Positions 1 through 12,229 of a stretch of DNA of 64,000 bases are shown here, piece by piece. The notes beneath the pieces were generated by a model, which saw only the letters and a list, made by a program, of their open reading frames with translations, was not told the origin of the DNA and searched no databases. Position 1 is the first letter of the stretch. Each line of letters starts with the position of its first letter. The position numbers and the translations under genes are program-made. The stretch is from the human T2T-CHM13v2.0 reference genome, Homo sapiens: assembly GCF_009914755.1 (NCBI RefSeq), contig NC_060925.1. One strand, given 5' to 3'.

Positions 1-270
1 AATGTCTATAGCTGTTATCCTATGCCTGTCCAATCACCATAATTGGAGTGTGTGGGGGGAAGGTAACTTGTCTGTTTGGTTTTGCAGATCCATGCATCAA
101 GAAGAGCTACATCCAAGGAAACTCATCCATGCCTGGACTTAATTTATATAATGAAATTCTGAACTTTCAATAGATGCTGTAATAGGATGAGAGTTTTGGA
201 GATCTTGGGAGGGAATGAATGTGTTTTGCATGGGGAAGGGACATGAATCACTGAAGCCCAGATGATGGAC
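1..270 (+). mobile_element. MLT1 (MaLR) internal region, 3' end
   Basis: Resembles the MLT1-int 3' end (cctatgcctgtc...ggatgagagttttgga...gtgttttgcatggggaagggacatgaat) and parallels the MLT1A-int end at ~10080-10338; directly abuts an LTR. Confidence 0.55.
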
Positions 271-795
271 AATGGCTGACAGACTCTAAAAATGGCCCCA
301 TGATCTCCACCTCCTGGTATCCATACCTCTACAATCCCTTCCCCTTATTCAATAGAGTACAAAAGAAGGATAGGATTTCACTTCTGTTATTACATTACAT
401 ACAACTGTAGTACCTGTCTTGCTGGAAGACTTCCCCTTTCCTGGCTTTAAAGAAAAAAGTTACAAATTGTGAACAGCTGTCCCCTGTAGAAGCCATGTTA
501 CAATGAACTGAGGAAAGCCACCGGCCAACATCCAGCAAGAATCTGAGGCCCTCAGTCCGCATTCCTCAAGAAACTGAATGCTGCTGACAAAAATACAAGA
601 GGAAGTGGATCCATCCCCAATCAAGCCTCCAGAAAAGAACACGGTCTTGGCCAAAACCTTGATGGTAACCTTGGAGAAGACTCAGCTAAGCTGTGCCTGG
701 ATTTCTGACTCACTGAAACTGTGGGATAATAAATGTGTGTTATTTTCAGCCAATAAATTTGCAGTAATGTTATTATGCAGCAAAAGTTAACTAAT
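271..795 (+). mobile_element. MLT1 (MLT1E/F/G-like) LTR
   Basis: Starts aaaaatggccccatgatctccacctcctggtat; typical MLT1 3' end (gaaactgtgggataataaatgtgtgttattttcagcc...gttattatgcagcaaaagttaactaat). Confidence 0.7.
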
Positions 796-1554
796 TTATT
801 ATCTTTCAGTACCTTATCCTTGATTGATGTTTGTTCTGTATAAAATTGCATACTTAAAATATATAATTTTTACTCAAAATTTTGAAAAATAATAGTATCT
901 TCTAACCCATAATGTTGATATTTAGAAATCTGATACATTATAATTTTTGAACCCTTGTATCTGGTCTCTCTCTTTTTTTCCTATTATAAGCCTCTAGGAT
1001 TTTTGCTTGATGCCAAATGTTTAAAAAGGTAATGTTCATTGATGCAGGTCATTTGGGTGGCCTCTGCCAATTTAGAAACAGATGTCCATCAGTTCTGAGA
1101 AATTTCTTTTTTTAAATGCTAATTTCATCTTTTTTTTCTAATTTTCTGTTTCCAGATATCCTGTTAACCACCTTCCTGAATCAATCTTCAGATTTTTGTA
1201 TTTTTTCTCTACTATTTTCCAAAGTTTTAATCTTTTTATTTTCTTGGAACTTAACTTTATCTGCCAACTCATTTGTGAAATGTCTTATTTCTGTTGTCAT
1301 GCCTTTAATTTCCAAGTATTCTTTTTATTTATTTATTTTTTTCATTTTATTCTAGGTGTCCTGCCTAGCTCACCAGGCAATGAAATAATGACTGGTCCAG
1401 TGGGGTTTGTACTTGAGCAATGCAAATTAAAAGATGGCCTATCACAGCACTACTCCTCAGAACTATAAAGTTCTCACATGCTTTATTATTTTTGACCTCA
1501 TTTGATCATAACACACCTTCTTCAAGGTCACCAAGGATAAAATTCCTGGTTACT

Positions 1555-2045
<491 letters not shown>

Positions 2046-2209
2046 TGTGTCTCTTGCTGTTGGTGGTGTTGCAGCCCTTCTTTAGAGTCAGCTGGGAAAA
2101 TACTTCACAAAGCTCTCCTTGACTGTCTTTATTACATATTTAGTTTCTGTTTCTCTATGTTTCTACTTCACTAGTTCATGCTTCCCTTATATGACCCTTT
2201 TTGTTTTCT

Positions 2210-2325
2210 AGTTTCATACTCTAAGCTCCTTGAAGGAAGGCCTTATGCTTTTTCATTCACATATTTCAATGCCTAATACAGTGTCAGCATCGCACTAATG
2301 CTCAGTAAATGATTTTTGAATGAAT
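2210..2325 (+). mobile_element. L2 3'-end relic
   Basis: taagctccttgaagg...ctcagtaaatgatttttgaatgaat, the L2 tail pattern. Confidence 0.55.
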
Positions 2326-3851
2326 CCTCAAATGAATTTTACATTTTGTGCAGTGAAATTTGTTCTTAGTCAATTTTTTCTCTGTATCTGCATCCACACT
2401 TGCATCTGAGGCTGTAGAGGCATTGTTGATATAAATAGCTTTTAGCAGCTTAATATGCCATAAGCCGCAAGGGAGATAACTCTGAAGCAGAATTGCCTAC
2501 AAGCACAAATTTCACTAAAAAATTTGTTCAACTCAAGGACATAATTTATTTCTATTCTTTGTATATACAAAGATGTAAATGAAGCACCAGACTAACCCTT
2601 TGTATTAAAAAAAATCATTTTTTAGACCTAACTGAAGACCCACCTCTCCCAAAATGACTTTCTGGGCAAAGCAGACCCAACCAGATTTTCTTTCCTCCTT
2701 CTCTTCCCTGTCTATGTTCTTCCTTTCTCATATACTTATTGTGCCATTACACACAGCATCCCAGGTATTATGGCAGGTGCTAAATATTAAGTCATAAACT
2801 CAATAGACATAATGTCTGCCTCTGCAGAGCTCACTTTATAGTGAGGGACTCAGGCAATTGTCCACATGTGGGTCAGATTGGACTTTGATAGACAGACCTG
2901 TGAGTAAACTATCATACCCGCTAGGGTCTTGAGTGTGCTCTGGTAACCAGCCTTCCAACAGTCAGAGAAAATTTGCAGATACTGAGAAAGATGCCCATCT
3001 TTGGGGTTCACATGGGACTCCAAAGACGTGACAGAATGTGACTCTGGCCAGCAATGGGGTTCAGGCATATAGAGAAAGAGATAATGATGAAGGAAAATCA
3101 TATGAAGGAAAATAACTGTTAGAGCTTTCCCTGTCCCCTTGCAATCTCTCCCTGCCAGAATCCATGAAACTCAAGGCCTTGATGCAGCTGTGTGAAGCTG
3201 ATGGTCCTCTGAAACTCAAGGATAGACTAAGACAGTACAATTATATGCAATTTACTCACTGTCCAAGTGTCCTATGAAGGAGACGACAGTGGTACAAGAC
3301 AAACATCATCATTAGGTTAGATTAGATTCTTGCCCAAATAATCTGCTCCTCTCCAGAAGCAGAAGACTTGTTGCTTTCTGGAGAGGGAGAAGAGCACCAA
3401 GGTCAGCAGTCCAGACAAGGTCTTCAAGGGAACCAGCAGTGGCCTCTTTTCTTCAGCAAGCAGAGGAACCTCCGAAGGAGCAGTCATCAGAGCAGAAGGG
3501 TCACAGAACTGCAAGCAGCAGAGGAGGTTCTTTGTGAGGGTCACATTTCTCCCCATGCCCAAGGACTCTTGGTGAGTAGAATTGGGGAGAAAGACAATAT
3601 TTCCTATTAGTCAAGAGTATAAAATATTGGACCATTGCACTTTGGGATATTTTTGTAATTTTCACATAGTTATACTTACTGGCAGGTGAGACATGGGGAT
3701 ATATGGGTTACATTATTAAATACACAATTGCAATACAATGTTAATGTAGTAATACCTAATATCTGCTGAATGCTTACCATATGGTAACATTCTAAGCATG
3801 GCATGTGGATTATCTCATTTAATACTCATAACAAACATATGAAATAAGAAC

Positions 3852-4220
3852 TTGCTATGGTTTGAATGTATGAGTCCTTCCAAATTTTATTGTTGAAACT
3901 TAAACTTCAAGGTGATGGTATTCAGAGGTAGGGCCTGTGGGAGGTAATTAGGCCATGAGAGCTTGAAAAGGGATGAGATTAATGCCCTTATAAAAGGGTT
4001 TGAGGGAGGATTCATCACTTTTTTGCCCTTCTGTCATGTGAGAACACAGCAAGAAGATGCCATCCTGAAAGCAGAAAGTGAGCCCTTACCAGACAGAGAA
4101 TTGTCTGGTGCCTTGATCTTGGTGTTTCCAACCTCCAGAACTGTGAGAAATATATTTCTATTACTTACACATTATCCAGCTGAAGGTATTAGGTTACAGC
4201 AGCAGGGATAGACTAAGACA
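3852..4220 (+). mobile_element. MLT1A/MSTD-like MaLR solo LTR inserted in a MIR
   Basis: tgctatggtttgaatgt...gactaagaca termini; MIR sequence on both sides (~3750-3850 and 4221-4300). Confidence 0.8.
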
Positions 4221-5149
4221 GTACAATTATATTTAATTTACACATGAGGAAGTCTCACTTTAATCAATGAGATTAAATTACTTGCCCAAGGTCACACAGA
4301 GATTCACCACTTCTCTGATTATCATGTCAATGAAACCTTGTCTTCTAACTAGATATAAGCTTTTCAAGGGCTGAGACTCTGTCTTGTGTCTATTTAAAGC
4401 AACTCCACAGGTATATAACAGAATCCTGGGCATGGGGCCCCCTTGTAGGCAAGGCTTCCAACAGGTAACCTGTACTCTATTAGCCCAATGTTCTACCTGC
4501 TGTGTTCCGTCTTCACCCCCCATTTACACCCATCCATGCACCTCAGATATCTGGCACGTTACATTGCTAAGTACTTTTCCAAACTACCTGTCCTGGGTAG
4601 TCTTCCACCTAGCCTGGTCATAATTGTCTGACATTATAACTTGCTCCTTCTTCCTTCAGTAGGAGACTCCTTTACTTTAACATAACAGATCTTGGTCAGG
4701 TGAATCGAGGAAAGCAGTTCAATTAGGATAACTCAAGTAAGCCTGAAGTCATTTGGTCATCATTTATTGAATGTTTTTATTGTTCCAAGCACTACGATGA
4801 ATAATGTACTCCAGGAGATGTAGTGTTTGCAATAAGAGCTATAAAATTAGGTGAAATGAATTAAGTATCCAATTTGTGGTATGACAGGAGAATTTGGAAA
4901 AGGGAGAAATCACTTTGGACTTGAGATGCCAACGCTTCCTGAAAGTGGCATTTGAGCTAGTCCTTGCAGTGTTGACATAGATAAGAAAAAATGTTTATTT
5001 TCAGGAGGCAGCAGAGGACACTCCAATAAGGGAGCCCTTTATCCCTCCAAGGATTATTTGAATTTTTAAAATAAATGTCAAGTCAAATGAATCTCTAATG
5101 AGTGAAACTGCTGCCTGTGGGAAAAGGGAATGGAAAGATAACTGTCACT

Positions 5150-5360
5150 AATGGGGTTCTTATTCAGCACCTTGTCCTATGCTAGTCGCTTTGCCTATTT
5201 TACTGCATTTAAGTTCACAGCTCAAAGGACTGACCATTATTATCTGCATTTATAGAAGAGGATATTGAGACTTAGAAGTTAAGGAACTTACCTACATTCC
5301 AAGTTAATAGATGGCTGAGATGGAAGGAAGATTCGATTCAATTCTGCCTGGATACACAAC
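5150..5360 (-). mobile_element. MIR relic
   Basis: attattatctgcatttatagaagaggatattgagacttagaagttaaggaacttacc. Confidence 0.55.
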
Positions 5361-6629
5361 TGGACTTCCCCCTGCCTAGCTGTTTTGAAGTGCATACTAT
5401 GGTACATTACCTAGAAATAAGAAAAGGGAAAAATAAGGGGGAAGGAAGAGTTCTACAGGAAAATAAAATGGAAAACTACACTAAAGTTAAACAGATCCCA
5501 TTATTTCAGGCATTCTGGGAGTCTTACCGTTAGTAAACATAAGAATCTTCAAGAGTAGGTATAGGCTGCATTATTTCCCAAACTGGACCATGAAAGTGAA
5601 ATTTTTAGAGCATCTCTGAGATCTGTTTATCAAATACATCTTTGAAAATGCTGCTTTATAGCCAGAAAGACAGAGAAGAGTGGTAGGTGATATTGGTCAA
5701 GAGGAGAATGGGGTGGTGACTATTTAGGACACAGAAACTTTCCTATTTCTAGTTGAAGCATAGCAATTAGCTTCCCTAGCTTCAAGATAGGTCAGCCTTG
5801 GCTGAGCACATCTTAGGAGCTCAATCAATACTTAGAGAATTGAACTGAATTAGGGAATGCAGCATACCTTCTCATTTCACCAGAGTTGTTAGCAACAGCA
5901 GAACTATTTAGAGAGCGTAGCTGTGTGAGGGACTGCTCTGGCAACGCTTTGACATGGCTGCTCTGGAGGCAGCAGCAGGTCATTTTGTGGGGGTCCTCCC
6001 TCTCTGCACAAGCCAATAGGAAATTCCGGAGTTTCTCCTCCTACTCAGGATCAGCTTCTGTCTTTATCCCTAGCCTCAAAGTGTGACCTAAAGTCCTAGG
6101 GTGTGTGTTTTTAATGTGTGTGCGTTCTTAAAGTTTCAAAGGGAGACTAGTTTGCAGTTCTCTTTTCATCAAACGTTTACATGGTGGTTCATTTTGATGA
6201 AAAAATACTGTACTTTGTGCTCACTGAGAAATAATTGCAGCATTGTAATCTTTATCTGAGCTATGAAACTCCAGAAATGAGTCCACATACTTTCTTGAAT
6301 TTTCAGGTAGATGGAAAATATGATTTTGAAAATAAAAAGGGAAGAAGTCTGACCCACATGACTTCAAATTTTATTCGATTGCCTTTTCAGTTTTAAAAAA
6401 ACAGTGTTTGTGTTTTCTTCTTAGAGTGTGGTAGAGAAGAACAGTGATATCTCCATTTATGTGGTACTTTTAGCTACTCAGAAGATTTTTAATATTCATT
6501 TTATTACTAACCTTGATTGTTACTACAATACTTGAAGGCAAAAAGGTCAATTATTGAATGATCTCCATATAATAGAAGAGAAAACTGAGATCTGAGAGGA
6601 TAGCAACTATTAATGGCCACAAATCTATT

Positions 6630-6850
6630 TAATTTATTCAAACATATCTATTAAGTAGAAATATATGCTAAGCACTGTGCTGGGACCTGGGAATATGGGG
6701 ATGAAGGTAAATAAGATACTGTCAGAATCCAGGAAGAAAGACCAAATGTAAATGGAAAACTCAAATCTGTGTTGATAAGCACATGACAAGGTCAGCTCAC
6801 AGCGCTGAGGGAGCATCTCTTTCTTAGTGAGATATGACAGACATGTGCCG
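6630..6850 (-). mobile_element. L2 relic
   Basis: atttattcaaacatatctattaagt...tgctaagcactgtgctgggacctgggaatat. Confidence 0.55.
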
Positions 6851-6864
6851 AGAGTGATTTGGGG

Positions 6865-7031
6865 CAGTGGTACTCAAACTTCAGTGCACACCAGAATCCC
6901 CACAGAGTGGGGAATTGTGAAGCCCCCTCACCAGACTTCTGACTCACTAGGTCTGGGGTAAAGCCTGAGGATGCTTTTGAAGACATAATGTTGATGCTGC
7001 TGATCTGGGGATCACACTTCAAGAGCCACTG
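6865..7031. mobile_element. MER5A-like hAT-Charlie MITE
   Basis: Terminal inverted repeats cagtggtactcaaact ... cacttcaagagccactg; internal ttctgactcactaggtctggggt. Confidence 0.75.
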
Positions 7032-8073
7032 ACTTGGAGGACTTGTTAATGCAGGGCCTTGGAAGTATGACAAAAGTTGGATTCATCATTAAAGGGACAA
7101 GAAAAGGGTATTAATTAAGGCTCAGGGGGAAGGTTGCAAATTGTCCTGAAAGCCCAGAGATATGGGAAGTTATAAATTTTTAATGGGATAAAATTAATAC
7201 CTCTGCACAATGTTGCTACCAAGGCTTGGAAACATGAGAAGAAAAGTGGATAAATAGGATGTATCAATGTATCCTTGCTTAAGACTGTCGCAGAATCAGA
7301 AGATAATGGATGCTGGTGACAATGTTGTTGGACATGTGGTTTTATTTTTGTAGGAAAGAAGTAAAGACAGGTTGAGACTGATGGGCCCACGACAGTTGTT
7401 TCTATACTGTGAAATAATGGAAAAAATTATCATGGCTGTATATCTGTGGAGGTGCCTTGAGGGGAAAAGGCAGGCTTTTTGCCCCCGACTCATTGCTGCA
7501 AGTAGAGCAGCTATGCTTTTATTTTGTATCTGCTGGGAAACCTTGTGATAATCCATTTCAGAAAAGGTTCTGCAGCAAAATGGAATTTGACCACAATGAA
7601 ATTAGTGTAAAAGAAGAGGTTAAGGATTTGAGGGATTTTATGGGATTTTCTGAAATGGGGGTTCTTTGTAGTTCCATCATAGCTCGTGCTCCTTCTGGTT
7701 GCCAAGGTGAAAAATCCTTTGTGTAGCAGTGACTCTGGAATAATGTTTTCATGGAGAAAACCCAAGCGAGAGATAAACAGCTGTCTGCTAGTGAAAAGGT
7801 TATATACAATTACTCCTAAGGGCTTTGGGGAAGACAAGCAATGTGTAGCCCTTTTAGCTAGATACTGCGTCCAGGGGTCATTTGTTTATTGGAAACATTG
7901 GGTAATTAGTAGATTTGCTGGTCCAGTTGGCATTTGTCTTATTGATCCCCTGATATTTTGTAAATGCTTTCATTCATGTAATGCTATTTGCTCTCCTTAT
8001 ACAGACTTTCTAGTGTGTTTCTAGAGAAAGTGTTGGACAAAAATAAGAGAATGATATATAAAGACATACATAC

Positions 8074-8095
8074 TATATATATATATATATATATA
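8074..8095. repeat. (TA)n microsatellite
   Basis: 11 perfect TA units. Confidence 0.95.
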
Positions 8096-8664
8096 AATGC
8101 ACCCACCAGAACAAGGATGAAGTGGGGGCAAAATAAAAGCAATGTCATAATTTAAGCCATTATTTCCAAAGTATGTTTGGATAATAAATCATATAAAATG
8201 CTTCTCAATAGTAAGATGTCTAAATATAGAACTACTAAATCAAAATTTCAGTGGGATACCTAGAATTTGTACCTTCACAAGTTCCTAGGTGATTCTTTGC
8301 AGTCAACTCATTGTCAGGCATTTAAAAAATATGGATTTAGGCCACCAAGACACCTACATATGCCCCTATTTGATGTATTCAACCAGGGTCAGTTGGCAAT
8401 GCACAAAGCTATGGACAACCAGGGGGGGTAGCCTATCCTTAGCACCCACTACTCATTCATCATCACCATTTTTATTTGTCTGATTGTTCAAAATAAACGT
8501 ATGTACCCCACAAAAAAATATATTCAAAATAAACACTAATGATCCTCTAACAAACTGGCAGCAAAAACTGTAAAAAATTTAGTTGACTGAACTACCCTCA
8601 GGGAGAAATGCAAACTAATTCCAGGATTGAAAAAGCTATTTGATCCTTAAATGTCTGAGAAAAG

Positions 8665-10666
8665 TACTATGGTCTGGATGTTTGTATCCCCCCTAAATTT
8701 CTACACTGAAACCTAGATTCCAGTGTTATACTATTAAGAAGTGAGGTTTTACAGGAGATGATTAGGTCATAAAGTTGGAGCCCTCATGAATGGGATTAGT
8801 GCCCTTATAAGAACTATGCACTAACCGATTGTGCTACTGGAGCTACAGTTAGTGCCCTTATAAAATAGGTTCAAGGGGGCTCATTTGCCTCTTCCACAAT
8901 GTGAGGATACAGTGAGAAGTCAATAGTCTGCAACCTAGAAAATGGCCTTCACAAGAACCTGGCCATGTTGGCACACTGACATTGGGTTTCCCAGTCTTTA
9001 GAACTGTGAAAACAAATTTTTATTGTTTATAAGCTACAAAGTTTGTGGTATTTTGTTATATCAGCCTGAGTGCACTAAAATAGGAATTGATATCAAGAAA
9101 CAGGGTGTTCCTATAAAATGTGGAAATGGCTTTGAAATTGTGTAATGGGTAGAGGCTGAAAGAGTTTTTAAGTGCTTTCTAGAAGAAGTCTACATTGTTG
9201 TCAATAGACCAAAAGGAGTCACTCTGGTGAGGGTTAGAAGAAAAAGAGAGCTGTAGAGAAAAAGCATCAACCTGCTTCGGGATTACCTACCTGGTCATGA
9301 ACAGAATGTTGATAGAAATATGGATGATAAAGGCCATTCTGATGAAATCTCAGATGGAAATTAGAAATATTACTGGAGACTGGAAAAAAGTGATCCTTGT
9401 TATAAGGAAGCAAAGAATTTGGGTGAATTCAGTTTGTATCCTAGTGTTTTGTAAAGATGGAACTTGTGAGCCATAAAACATGATATTTGGTAGAAGAAAT
9501 TTCTAAGAAAAGTGTTGAAGGTGCCATTCAGCCTCTATCCAATGTTTATGGTAAAATACAATAAGAGAGAAATGATTTAGAGATGGTATTTTTAATCAAA
9601 AGAGAAATGCAACTTAGAAAAATTTGGAAAATTCTTAGCCTATTAATATTGAAGGAAATAAGAAAATGTGCTTAGAAGAGAAGACAAAAGGTGTCCAAGC
9701 AACTGTTTGACAAGGAGATTTGTATGATTCAGAGGAACGCACTTGCTTTTCCTTGGGACAATGGAAGAATGGTTCCAAAGGCTTTTTGGAGATAGTTGGA
9801 GCTAACCCCTCCCATCACAAACCCAGAGTATAAAGATCTTGAGAGCAATTTCAAGGCTTCTCTCCCTGTATTTCAGCTCATCAATCCTCAGCAGTGGGCT
9901 CAGAGTCTTGGGGGCCCAACCCCCACCCCAATGTGTCCAGAAGGTGAAATATTGAGTCAAAAAACATTATTTTTGAGCCTTAAGATTTAATTGTGTTTGC
10001 TGTGTTGGGTTTTGGACTTAGCTGTGACCTGTTACTTCTTTCTTCTTTACAATCTCTCTGTTCCAGAATAGAAATGTCTGTCCTATGCCTGTCTCACTAT
10101 TGTATTTTTGAAGTGCATAATTTGTATGATTTCACAGGCTCACAATGGAGATAAATTTGCCTCAGAATGAATTGTACCTTGAATCTCAACCATAACTGAT
10201 ATAGAAGATATTTAGATGAGTCTGTTGACTTCAGAATTTTGAGTCAACCCTGGACAGAGTTAAGACTTTCGGGTCTAATGAGATAGAATGAACATAATTT
10301 TCATGTGAGAAGGATATAAAATTTGGGCCAAGGTAGATTGTTTCAGTCTGAATATTTCTGTCCCCCCAAACCTCCTATGTTGAAACCTAGTTTTTAATGT
10401 GATTGATAGTATTAGGAGGTGGAGTCTTTTGGGAGGTGATTAGGTCATGATGGTAGAGCCCTTGTGAATGGAATCAGTGACCTTATAAAATAGTCCCAAG
10501 GGAGCTCATTTGACTGTTTCATTACGTAAGGACAACCCTTAGAAGAGCCTGACCCTGCTGGCACCCGACTCTTGGACTTCTCGGTTTCCAGAACTGTAAA
10601 AAATAAATTTCTGTTGTTTATAAGTCATCCAGTCTATGGTATGTAACAGCTTGAACACACAAAGGC
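8665..10666 (+). mobile_element. MLT1A-type MaLR provirus: 5' LTR 8665-9082, internal region 9083-10338, 3' LTR 10339-10666
   Basis: Two similar co-oriented LTRs (both contain gaaacctag...tattaRgaRgtg...gatgattaggtcat-like...ccttataaaatag) flanking an MLT1-int-like segment (aatgtggaaatggctttgaaattgtgtaatgggtagaggctg). Confidence 0.8.
8805..8843 (-). pseudogene. Tailless retropseudogene of the tRNA-Ile(TAT) 5' half
   Basis: Minus strand gctccagtagcacaatcggttagtgcatagttcttataa matches 32/39 nt of tRNA-Ile-TAT 5' sequence GCTCCAGTGGCGCAATCGGTTAGCGCGCGGTACTTATAA, mostly CpG transitions; perfect 15-bp TSD ttagtgcccttataa at 8796-8810 and 8849-8863. Confidence 0.85.
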
Positions 10667-10759
10667 AAATGGTTTCCATATTTTGGTGCTGCTGAAATAA
10701 TGCAGTGGCTATAGCACTTGCGGAGAACATGGGAAGAGAGAATACTTTAATTGTATCAC

Positions 10760-10930
10760 CTTTTTAGACCCTCAAAATAATTCTGCATTGTAACATCATT
10801 ATCCCTTGTGTCTAGATGGGGGAACTGAGGCCCAGCATAAATGTCTACCTCATTGTCATATAGCTAATGGCAGCATCAGGGCTCAAACCCAAATCCTTCT
10901 GATTCCAAAGGCTCTGCTTTTTCACTATGT
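10760..10930 (-). mobile_element. MIR relic
   Basis: catcattatccc...agatgggggaactgaggcccag...gtcatatagctaatggcag. Confidence 0.55.
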
Positions 10931-11084
10931 CATGTAATGTCTATGCAGCTTATCACGTTTCCTGCCAACATTAGCACTGATGAATGCCAAGATGCATTCT
11001 AAGGAAATAGTGTATCTGGGATTGCTTAACTAAGGCTGCTCAGAGGGAGGGTGATTGTGTGTGTGGAACTGTACAGAACACAGA

Positions 11085-11300
11085 GGATGGGAGCAGGCAC
11101 TGTGGATTCAGGATGTGAGCAGGCACTGTGGATTCAGGCTTAAAATTCAATACACCCAATAAATTTGTGTGACCTTGAGCAAATTATTTTAGGACCACTA
11201 AGTCTCAGTTTTCTTATCAGCAAAATGGATGTAATTATAATGCCTACTTATAGGGTTGTTAAAAAAATTGCTTTCTATAAAGGGTGTACTCAGCACAGGG
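11085..11300 (+). mobile_element. MIR relic with a 26-bp tandem duplication at its start
   Basis: tgtgtgaccttgagcaaattattt...ctcagttttcttatcagcaaaatgg. Confidence 0.6.
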
Positions 11301-11857
11301 CTGATAGAATTAAAATTATACAATACATTGATCAAGTTGGAGTCATTATTACCCCCAACTAGTCATGTAGGTCCAAATCACCCAAGTCCAGCACATTGTT
11401 GGGAGTCATATTCTGGATTCTTTTTATTAAATTATTTTATTTTTCTGTGAAGCAAGAGCTTTTCTTTATCATATTAATGAAATCATATATTTTTCAGGAT
11501 AATTCTGGTTCCATAAAATTTAAGGATTCATGACATGTGTAATTTATAACTATATAATTGAAACTAGTTTGACTTTACTGTCATAAAACAGAATCTTAGA
11601 ATGGAAAGGGCTTGGATTTTGAATTCATACAATGAAGATTGGGTTCAAATGTCTCTACCATCATTCTCTAGTTGTTTAAACTTGGGCAGTTTCTTCAAAA
11701 CTCATTTTCAATCTGTAAAATAAAGATAATGGTTATTGTGAGGATTAAATGTTGAAAGGATCTAATAACATGTAACATAGCTGGCAATTAGTAGAAGTGC
11801 CATTTAAAAATGTTTTCAGCAGCAAATAACAGGAAACCAGGTGGCTTAAACAAATAG

Positions 11858-12229
11858 TGTCTTAGTTTGTTCAGGCTACAATAACAAAATACTATAGACT
11901 GGGTAATTTATAGCTTATAAACAACAGAAATTTATTTCTTACAGTTCTAAAGCCTGGAAAGTCCAAGACTAAGTCACTGGCAGATTCAATGTCTGGTGAG
12001 AACCCATTTCTTGGCTCACAGGTGGCACCTCCTGCTGTGTCCTTACATGGTAGAAGAAGCAAGGCAACTCTCCAGGGCCTCTTTTTATAAGGGACTAATC
12101 CCATTCATGAGGGCTCTCTGCCCATGTCATAATCATCTCCCAGAAGACCCCACCTCCTAATGCCATTACATTGAGGGGTAGGATTTCAATGTACAAATTA
12201 AGGGAGACACAAACATTCAGGCCATAGCA
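11858..12229 (-). mobile_element. MLT1A0-like solo LTR nested in an older MLT1-like LTR
   Basis: tgtcttagtttgttcaggct...aacattcaggccatagca termini. Confidence 0.85.

Noticed and set aside
3348-3386. Hairpin cctctccagaagca...tgctttctggagagg
   Set aside because: Short imperfect stem with no similarity to an RNA family I recognise; may be chance or part of an old LTR.
11085-11138. Short direct repeats as a CRISPR-like array
   Set aside because: Only two adjacent units with no spacers, in human DNA; simple tandem duplication.
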